Positions 28,276-37,400 of a stretch of DNA of 64,000 bases are shown here, piece after piece. The position numbers were made by a program, and so were the translations under genes. The notes below the pieces were generated by a model, which was not told the origin of the DNA, ran no database searches, and saw nothing but the letters and a program-made list of their open reading frames with translations. Source of the stretch: a virus; the IMG/VR virus record IMGVR_UViG_3300029922_000004. One strand, 5' to 3'. Positions within the stretch are counted from its first letter, which is position 1. The number at the start of each line of letters is the position of its first letter.

Positions 28276-29175
28276 ATGCCCATCACACGCACAGCGTATT
28301 ACGCACAAACTGGTAGAATCACAACTCCTAATGGCACTTATCTTTTGCCGATAAGTTCCGCAAACGTGGAAGTTTCAAGTCCTGTGGAAGCGGTTCTTAG
28401 TTTCGGTCAATTCGGCTCTCTGAATCAGGCCCAAGCAAATCTCACGACTTGTAAATCCTCTTGGAAAATGCACATGGGTTCAGGAGTTAATATTACTGGG
28501 ATTTCGGCCACCGTTTTGAATGATTTGATTAATTGTACTCTTACTGGTTCCCCGTTTACCGTAGCGGTCGGCCCCGGTGGATTTACTATGACTGGCATTC
28601 TTGACAGTCTGGCCCTAGATATTTCAATGGGTGGGCTGGGAATGTGTGACTTGGGTTTTGCCGGAATCGGTCATCCTTATATTTCTCCTCCGACTAACCA
28701 AGGAACTGCGGTTAGTACGACCTACTCGATTTCACCAATTTCTACCATGTCGATATCCACAGGAGCCGGGGCTTTGAGTGGCGTTTTTGCTTCTTCGTTG
28801 AAATTCTCTTATTCATTACCTACAGATGTTCTGAGTGCTTTGGGAGATAATCCTGATGCATTCCAAGGCAACATGGCTAGTCAAATCGCTTCTAAAGCCC
28901 CCTACAAGGCAACTTTTTCCATAGATGGTGTGGGCGTAGACCCAACTACTATCGCGACCGGACTAGCGGGCCTAGCATACAATATAGGTGACATTTCTGT
29001 GACTCTTCCTCACGCTAAAATTATCTCTCGTGGATTTACAAACGCGGCTGGACAGGTTGCAGCGACGTTTAATTATACACTGGAAGATACAAGCGCGACT
29101 CTCGGCACTGTTGCTCTCGCGGCTTATGCTGACGTTAATACCAGCATGGGAGTTACTCCGACTTACGGCGCATAA
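28276..29175 (+). CDS. Major tail tube protein
   Basis: 299 aa with two similar beta-sandwich halves, own promoter and terminator; precedes chaperones and tape measure. Confidence 0.7.
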   Translation: MPITRTAYYAQTGRITTPNGTYLLPISSANVEVSSPVEAVLSFGQFGSLNQAQANLTTCKSSWKMHMGSGVNITGISATVLNDLINCTLTGSPFTVAVGPGGFTMTGILDSLALDISMGGLGMCDLGFAGIGHPYISPPTNQGTAVSTTYSISPISTMSISTGAGALSGVFASSLKFSYSLPTDVLSALGDNPDAFQGNMASQIASKAPYKATFSIDGVGVDPTTIATGLAGLAYNIGDISVTLPHAKIISRGFTNAAGQVAATFNYTLEDTSATLGTVALAAYADVNTSMGVTPTYGA

Positions 29176-29197
29176 CCCTAGTTTTTCAATTCAATTC

Positions 29198-29234
29198 AAA
29201 TCCATTAAATTCACTTTTAATGGATTTTTTGTTT
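29198..29234 (+). terminator. Rho-independent terminator after the tail tube gene
   Basis: 12-bp stem AAATCCATTAAA-TTCACT-TTTAATGGATTT followed by TTTGTTT. Confidence 0.75.
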
Positions 29235-29283
29235 CTGTCTCTCAATTAAAATCAATCAAATCTCCTCAATTAACCTAATTTAA

Positions 29284-29290
29284 GTGTAAT
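29284..29290 (+). promoter_or_regulatory. Putative late promoter motif GTGTAAT
   Basis: 21 nt before ATG 29312. Confidence 0.7.
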
Positions 29291-29311
29291 ACTATCTGGT
29301 ATAAGGACGCT

Positions 29312-29647
29312 ATGATAGAAAACAACCTCATTTCATTGCAGGTCGAAAAAGAGATTAAATCTCTCTTTAAATCCTACCTCGAATTATTGGAGCAAATCCA
29401 AGTTGACCACGATGCAATGCTGACAAAAATAGACCCCGAAACAGCAATTAAAATAAATTATTTAAATAAATCCAAACACGATAACCTCAGGAAGTTAATA
29501 CTTGACCGTTCTAATGACTCTATCAGGAATATATTGACATTTCTTGACTATTTTGACTTTCAGATTAACAAAGAAAAGGTAGAAAACGCTGCCAAGCAAA
29601 GACGCCTTTATTCTAAAACAATACTATCCCCGCCGGTCATCATATAA
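29312..29647 (+). CDS. Small helical hypothetical protein (tail module)
   Basis: 111-aa ORF between the tail tube and chaperone genes. Confidence 0.6.
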   Translation: MIENNLISLQVEKEIKSLFKSYLELLEQIQVDHDAMLTKIDPETAIKINYLNKSKHDNLRKLILDRSNDSIRNILTFLDYFDFQINKEKVENAAKQRRLYSKTILSPPVII

Positions 29648-29653
29648 TATACT

Positions 29654-30499
29654 ATGGAAAAAACACCACAAAAATACCTCTACGAAACTTTTGTCAACAA
29701 GGAAATTGAAGAAAAAATCGTTGAAAAACGCCAAGAGAACGGCGCGGAAGTCGAAGTCTCTAAGACCGTCAAAACTCTTAAACCCGTCAAACTCGCCATC
29801 CTAAAACCTAATCGCAAAAAGTTCAAAGAGGCGGAAATCTTTTACGCGCAGAGCCTTTCATCCTATCTGAAAAAGGGTTTGCTTCCTCACTCCCTAGTTT
29901 CAAAACGCTATCTTAACGACGGCGGGCCGTTAAGCGAAAACGCCAAAAAGGTCGTCACGGTCATGCGCGAAAATTATACGAGTCTTCAAGTGGAATATTT
30001 TGGGATGAAGTCGCCTCTAACCGCCGAACAAACTAAACGTCGCGGGGAAATCCTCGTAGAAATGACCGACATTAATAAAGCGTTGCAGGAAATCGAAAAC
30101 AGTTACTCTGAGATTTTCGAGAATACCGCCGAAGCCAAGAGCCGCAATGATTTGATTGAGTGGTGGATTCTAACCCTTAGTTTAATTGAGGAAGAGAAGG
30201 ATGGCAAAAAGAATTACGTTCCGTTTTTCCCCGGCGAAGACACCGATGCTAGGATGGCTAAATTGGAAGAGCTTGAGGCTTTGGAAGATGATTTCACTAA
30301 TGAAGTTATTAAGAAGTTTTCTTATTTTATTAGTTTCTGGAGTCGCGCGGGGCTTGACGTGAAATTGGAAGATTTCAAATCCGCCGAAGAGAACTACAAT
30401 CTCAAAGTCACGGACTATAAGACAGAAGAAGCTTCGCCCGAACCCGCCGTAGAAACCAATACGGGTGATAAAGTAGAGGTAGAGTCCCCCGTCGTATAA
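29654..30499 (+). CDS. Putative tail assembly chaperone 1
   Basis: Acidic helical protein between tube and tape measure. Confidence 0.6.
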   Translation: MEKTPQKYLYETFVNKEIEEKIVEKRQENGAEVEVSKTVKTLKPVKLAILKPNRKKFKEAEIFYAQSLSSYLKKGLLPHSLVSKRYLNDGGPLSENAKKVVTVMRENYTSLQVEYFGMKSPLTAEQTKRRGEILVEMTDINKALQEIENSYSEIFENTAEAKSRNDLIEWWILTLSLIEEEKDGKKNYVPFFPGEDTDARMAKLEELEALEDDFTNEVIKKFSYFISFWSRAGLDVKLEDFKSAEENYNLKVTDYKTEEASPEPAVETNTGDKVEVESPVV

Positions 30500-30500
30500 T

Positions 30501-31352
30501 GTGGACAAGAAGGTAATATCGGAATTGGATTGTCTTAAGTTGGTTTATTTTGAGATAATTGATGGTTATTCTCCCTGCTCCGACCTCGATTGCTACATTA
30601 AACACTTCTCCGAAAAAGAAAGCCATTTACTTCTACAAAAGAAAATCGAACTCCAAAAATTCTACTCTGAGGGTGGCGTTCCCCTCGAAGAAGAACTCCT
30701 AAAACAGCGCATAGAATCAGGGGATTGGTCTAAAGACAAAGAGGAACAAATCCTTCAATTAAAAGTTGACATCACGGATGCTGAAAACGGGCTTCATACC
30801 ATTCTCCCCGCACAACGCGGATTTCTTGAGGGTATACTCGCGGGCAAGCAAAAAGAATTAGGAGAACTTCGCTACGAAAGAAAAAACGTCCTAGGAAGAT
30901 GCGTAGAAGATTTAGTTGACGAGGATGTCAATGATTATGTATCCTATCTCTCTTGCTATAAAGACCCATCGCTTACTGAGCATATTAAAAAATCTTACCA
31001 AGACTTTCAAGAGCTTGAACAAGAGGAGACTAATAAGATAGCCATTATACTAAGTGAGAATTACAAACGATTCTCCGAGGAAAATCTTAAATTTTGTTCT
31101 GTTATGCCATTTTTCTTGAATAGATTCTCTTACTGCAAGGAGGATATACAAAGTTTTCTAGGAACTCCTGTTAATCAGCTTACCCATAATCAAAATTACC
31201 TTTTCTCAATGGGCGTTAGAAATCTTAATGTCCTTCAAAAAGCCGAGGGTAGTCCTCCTGACCTAAACCTCAACGCCACGCCTTTGTCAATCTCCAAATG
31301 GTACGACATCCAATACTCCATACAACTAGGTAAATCTAAACAGAAGAGTTGA
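30501..31352 (+). CDS. Putative tail assembly chaperone 2
   Basis: Acidic helical protein directly before the tape measure; distantly similar layout to the previous gene. Confidence 0.55.
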   Translation: MDKKVISELDCLKLVYFEIIDGYSPCSDLDCYIKHFSEKESHLLLQKKIELQKFYSEGGVPLEEELLKQRIESGDWSKDKEEQILQLKVDITDAENGLHTILPAQRGFLEGILAGKQKELGELRYERKNVLGRCVEDLVDEDVNDYVSYLSCYKDPSLTEHIKKSYQDFQELEQEETNKIAIILSENYKRFSEENLKFCSVMPFFLNRFSYCKEDIQSFLGTPVNQLTHNQNYLFSMGVRNLNVLQKAEGSPPDLNLNATPLSISKWYDIQYSIQLGKSKQKS

Positions 31353-31404
31353 TTTGAATTAGTGTGATTACTCCCCCAGAATAAATTCCGGGGTTTTCCC
31401 GTTT

Positions 31405-31411
31405 GTGTAAT
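31405..31411 (+). promoter_or_regulatory. Putative late promoter motif GTGTAAT
   Basis: 11 nt before the tape measure ATG at 31423. Confidence 0.7.
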
Positions 31412-31422
31412 TATAAAAGGTT

Positions 31423-34400
31423 ATGGCTGGAGAATATACACTAGATGTGTTGGTGAATCCTATCGAGAACCCCGCTGCGGCAAGAGCAATGGGGTCGAGA
31501 ATGGGAGACTCGTTCTCTGATGGATTTAATAAAGCCGCCAAACAACCCCTCGGCAGAATCACTTCTGACGTTTCTCAGTTCCAAAGGTCAATCGAAGCGT
31601 CCAACGCCCGCGTTATCGCGTTCGGAGCATCCGCAGGAAGCATTTATTTGGTTCAGGCGGCGTTTAGAAAACTTCTTTCCGACGCGGTTATTGTTCAAAA
31701 GAGCCTTACTGACATTAACGTAATCTTGGGGCTTGGTTCGACGGCCATGAAGTCGTTTTCGAATGAAATGTTCAAAGCCGCCTCTCAAACCGGCCAAACC
31801 TTTGAAACCGCCGGGAAAGTAGCGCTAGAATTCGCCCGTCACGGTGTTTCTGCGTCAGAAACAGCCAAACGTATGACTTCGGCGATGCAACTGATGAGAA
31901 TCTCTGGATTGGGGGCTACAGATGCCGTAAACTCGATTACAGCCGCGATTAACGCTTTTAGCAAGGAAGGCATCACTTCGGCGGATATCGTCAACAGGCT
32001 GACCGCCGTGGATACTAAATTCGCCGTTTCAGCGCAAGACTTGGCAAAAGCTGTTCAGCGTGTCGGTGCGACCGCCGAAGACGCGGGGGTGCGTTTTAAT
32101 CAACTCTTAGGCTTCGTAGCCGCCGCTCAAACCGTTACTGCTCGTGGTGGTGCTGTTATCGGTAACGCTTTCAAATCCATATTTACGAGACTGGCTCGTC
32201 CACAGGTTTTAGACGACTTGGAAAGTATAGGCGTTACTACCAAAACGGCGGCGGGGCAGATTTTGCCAATGGTGACTATTTTGAAGAATTTGGCGTCTCA
32301 ATATGACCATTTGAGCTACTCCCAAAAATCTTTCGTATCTGAAGCTGTCGGCGGCGTTTATCAGGTCAACATTTTAAAAGCCTCTCTCGCTGACTTGGGT
32401 AACGGTCTTTCCATTTTTGACAAAGCAACAATGGCCGCAGAACAGTCCACGGGGCTGATAGACAAACGTATGTCTATGCTTAATGAGACTATTTCTTCCA
32501 AACTAAATACCTCGGTTTTGGAGATTACCAAATTATTTGCGAATTTTAGCACGATATCATTCGGCTCTTCTTCTAAAAGTGGTCTGGATGGAATGAATCA
32601 GGAAATCGCTTCTATTAGTAAATTGTTCGAAGATATTGTTCCTGATGATTCCGTCGGAACTAAAATCGGTAAAACTTTAGCTGTCGGAATAGTTAAAGGA
32701 TTGGGGGACATAGTATCAGGTCCGGGTATTCAATTAGCAATGGCTTTATTGGTGAAGTCTTTCGGGACATTGGGAACTTTCGCTATTCAAGCTGGTAGGG
32801 AATTTTTGGGGGCTAATAGCCAAGCAGAAAGAATGGCCGCTATTCAGAAAAGTATTAGTTCGTTTATCCTAAGTAACGCTGAAGCTCAAACTGTTTTTAA
32901 TAATCAATTATTGACTGGAATCCAACGAACGGAAAAGATAGTCCAGATGTGGATGCAAGCCAACGTCGCCAGCGCGACTTTCCACGCACAAGTCAAAGGA
33001 ATAGCTGAAAAAGGTGCAGTATTGGCTTCTCCTAATATCGGCGGATATCAAAGTAAAGCGTCTGGTTACGTCCCCGATTTCGCATCAGAAGAATCAGAGG
33101 CCCGTTCGCTTGGAGCATTAAATCCTAAAGCCGAATGGGGCAAAGGAACAATCGGCGGCAAGAAGTTCATTAAAAATGACCAAGAAATTGAAATCCCCGG
33201 ATTTGGAAGAAATGGAGACTCGGCGGTTATACCGATGTATGCAGATGGATTTTACCCCGTCCATCCCAAGGAGCCATATAGTGTTTATGACACACAGAAT
33301 CGAACAATCGTCAGGAAGGGTTTTTATGAGAACATTAGGGGGTTGAGAAGAACCTCTGAAAATAAAAATCAAGAATATGGAGCTTATAGATACACGGTAT
33401 TACCTCATTCGGAACTAGAAAGAAGAAGTTTTGAGGGAATGGCTAATAATCCCAATGCCTCCATGTCAGTTGGTAGTAAAACCATCTCTGGAAATGATAT
33501 ATTAGAATATTTTAATCAGAAAGAAAATACAAGAAAGGCTAATTTATGGGGTGGTCAATATGCCGATGGATATGTCCCACCACTGATGGGGCTACATGTT
33601 AAGCCCAGCGGGAATCCATATAGAGATAAGAATGCTCGTAGATTTAATGGTCTTTTAGGCGAATTAGGTACTGGAATAGCTTCGCCAGATGACTCTATTA
33701 GAGGACCGACATCTAAAATATTTGAGAAATTATCTTCAGAATTTTTAAGGAACACCCTCTCGCAACAGGGCGCAGGAGCGATTGAGAGCAGAATTTTAGG
33801 GAAACCAATTAGTCCCCAGCAATTCAAGCAGTTTGAGAAACTATATACTGGCCTAATAAAAGAACCGTATAATGCAGACGAATTCCATAATTATAAAAAA
33901 CCGCTTTACGGTGATAGTTTTCCGGGTTACGATAGCATACATACCTTTTCTACTCATAACGAAGAGCTTGCTAAGAAATTAGGAGTGAACGTCGGAGACC
34001 TAGTGACGCTTGCCCTACAAAGTAAAGGTGGTAAGAATTTGAGGATTGCAGATTTCGCTACCATGGACGATGGCGATTCCGTTCTGCAAAAAGAGGGGTA
34101 TGATAAACCCAGCGTTAGGGCGCTGGCGTTTAGAGATGCAACCACTCTTCCCGGTAATGTACTATATGACGAAATGAATCGTAAAGCCGCAGGATTTCTT
34201 CCATTAACATTTAAGAAAACCTTCAATAGAACCTTCGGAACTCATCGCCTTTTTGGTATGAACGGTAGCGACCCCGTTGGTGATATCGAATATAGCGGCT
34301 CAAAGATGAAAGAGATAGAAGGTTTTGATATCTACGACAAATATCGCGGCAAAGGTCTCGCTAAACAGTTTTATCAAGCATTAGGTAAAGGAAGTATTAA

Positions 34401-37400
34401 GGGAACTATTCTTCCGAATACTGACTCCGAAGGCAATACATTTTTCCCCCAATTAAGCCGCGCCAGCGTTGCAAAAGATTCCTATGTTCTCCACTATGGG
34501 TATATGGACAAAAATCAGAAAATTAGCGTCGCCGACTTTAAGAAACTCATTTCCGCTCATAAAGGGGATAGCCAATTCTGGGAAGATAACTCGTTTGACC
34601 TTCATACGCAACATGCCGCTGGTTTTATTCCTAATTTCGCCAGTCAGAATATCATGGATTCAGTATTTGTCGCAGCTAGTAAAATGCCGAACTCTGCTAA
34701 CATTATCGAAAAACTAAAGGAAGGCTCTGGTCTTTCTGATGAATCTTTCTTAAAAGCGGCTAAGATTTTAGGGGTGAATATGGGTGGAGGGTCGCCAGTC
34801 AATCCGAATTCCATGTGGGATAATATCAACCAAGCATTTAATTCAAAGAAACACGATGATTGGTGGAAAAATGTCGACGTAAAACTCAAAGCGAGAGACG
34901 CAAAGTTCGGCTATCCAATTACAGACAACGAACAAACAAACATTAATTTTGTACAGGGGTTATTCAAAAGAAAATTCTCCTCCTTCTCGAATGTTAAGGA
35001 TATGATGGACCATCGGGAGTACTCTGGTGAACAAAACAATGAAACTGGTGCTTTTGGCACGGGTCTTGATTTCAATTCTGACCATGATACGTTACTAAAC
35101 AAATTTAAAGAAAAATATTTTAGAACGGTAGTTAGCAGAACAAAACCCCAAAATACAAATCTACATTTCTCAATGTTTGGAGCAGAATTCGGATTAGACG
35201 ACGATTTTAAAGATTCGGATATGTCTTATGGGAGACAATCTTCTTTAGAGAAGTTTTTTGCGAAAAGAATGAATAAATACTCTTCTAGAGGGAGATTTTC
35301 GAGTGGATTTGTTCCTAATTTTTCACCTCTTTCAGACGCGGTCAAAAGAGAGATGAGCGCGGGCTATTCTTCATCACAAATCCGTATTGATAAAAGCCCC
35401 TCTTTGATATCTTCGTCTAACCCTAGTGGATTAGGTGTTTATAATTCAACCGAAGGGTCCCTTTCCAATGGAATAACTCTCGCTCAAAGCGCGGGTATTA
35501 ATCCAAAAACCAAAGGTATGGCGGCTGGATTCGTTCCAAACTTCGACATGGGTAATATCGGGATGTCAATGATGCTTGGTATTTTTCAAGGCAGCGTTAC
35601 CGACGTATCTAAAAAGCTTAACTTCCTATCTTATGGATACGACAAACAAATCGAACATCTCCGCAAAATCAACGAAGAATATACCGCCATCGAGAATGAT
35701 ATCAAAGTAAAAGGCAGCGCCACTTATAATGGTCAGACTTATACAACTGGTGGTAGAGGGTCGAAATTCAGAGAAGATTTCAAAGCGGCTAACGCCGGTT
35801 CAGGTTTGACCTTCTATCCAGACGCGGTAAAAAAGCAGGAACAGGATTACGGCCAGTATATAGATAAAAAATCCGCCACTCAACAAAAAATCAAAGGCTT
35901 CGCATTTCAATCGATGTTCGGCGCTCCTATAGCAGCAGAAACATTATCAAGTTCGGCGAGTAGTTTGGGTTTTGCAAATGTCGCCAAAGGTTTGGAGACT
36001 TTCTCCGGCGGTCTTACTTTGGCCTCACAGATGTTGTCTTTATTACCGAATAAGTTGGGTTCTGCGTTGGCAGCAGGAGAATTAATTACCTCGTTGGGGA
36101 GTTCAATATCAGTGGCGGTAGCTAAAGTCGGAACCTACGAAAAAGCATTGGATGTCCAAAGCACGGCATTAGAAAGAATGAGTAGTGCTTCTAATACGGT
36201 CTTGGACTCTTATAACAAACTCAACCAATTATATAATAGCAGTACCTCCACTTTTCAAGATTTTATAACCCAACAGAAGAGACTTTCAGAGGCTTTACAG
36301 GATTTAGGAGCGAGTCTCCCAAATGGAAAGGGAGCCGATTTAGTAAGGCAAATTACTTCTGCCGGAAGCGATGAAGATAGACGCACAGCAGTCGCTCAAG
36401 CACAGGACGCACAACAACAAGAAAGAAACGTCAACGCCACAAAATTGGCTTTAGCCCAAGCGAAAGTTAAAAGTTCTTTCTTCGGAATTGGCGTGGGTAA
36501 TTCTTTCACCGCCAACAACAAAGACGATATCATCGGCAAGAGACAACTATTAGAAGATTCGGCAAAAACGATGGGAGAAGTGGCAGAAAGCAGCATGTCG
36601 CGCTCAATAATGTCCAGACTGACCTCTGGGACTCTGACTGACCGGGATATTTCTGCTATAACCAATCGAGCGGAACAAGGGCCAGATAATAAAGGCAATG
36701 TTCTTGGATTACAGGGGGATTCTTTAAAAACTGCGCTGGCTCAATTAAAATATAACTTGGAGCAATTCAAACTTCCTTCGGGGATTTCTCCAGATGTTTG
36801 GGCTAAACGTAATGAGGATTTCGCTTCCGCGTCACAAGCAGAAATAGCTTTACGCAACAGATACAATCAAGAACTTCAAAATGCCCTTGCTAAAGGAGCC
36901 ATAGTCTCCGACTACCTTTATAAAAGTGCTACAGCCGGAGAAGAAATTAGAAGCGGCAAGGCTTCATACGAAACCCAAAAATCAGGATTCAATGTCAGGC
37001 TCGCCGGACTAACAACCAATGAAGCGGGTATGATTGGTTTAAACGCCCAACAAAAGTCAAGAGAAGCGAATGACGAAATAACGAAAAAGCGAAATCTCAA
37101 TTTTATTAAGGGCAATTCGGATATTAATGGTTTTATCAGTAAGACTATCGCCGAAACTTTCGCTGGAAAACTTAAGTCCGTTCAGGACTCTACTGCTGGC
37201 ATTAGTCCGCAGAAACAGGCCGAGGCCGCTTATCTTGCCAAACAACAAATAGCATTCGCCAAAGACCCCAAAGGCTTAATAGATATTGCTAATAATCCAG
37301 AAGCTTTTGCTCAAAAATTTCTTGGTGGAACTGCTAAAGACGTAATTGGCAACCCGAACAGCGGTATTACCAACGAAAAAGAATATGATGTTTTATCAAA

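Noticed and set aside
33058-35544. Intein as the explanation for the tape measure insertions
   Set aside because: No Cys/Ser-initiated block A, no His-Asn C-terminal motif and no LAGLIDADG core were seen in any cassette.
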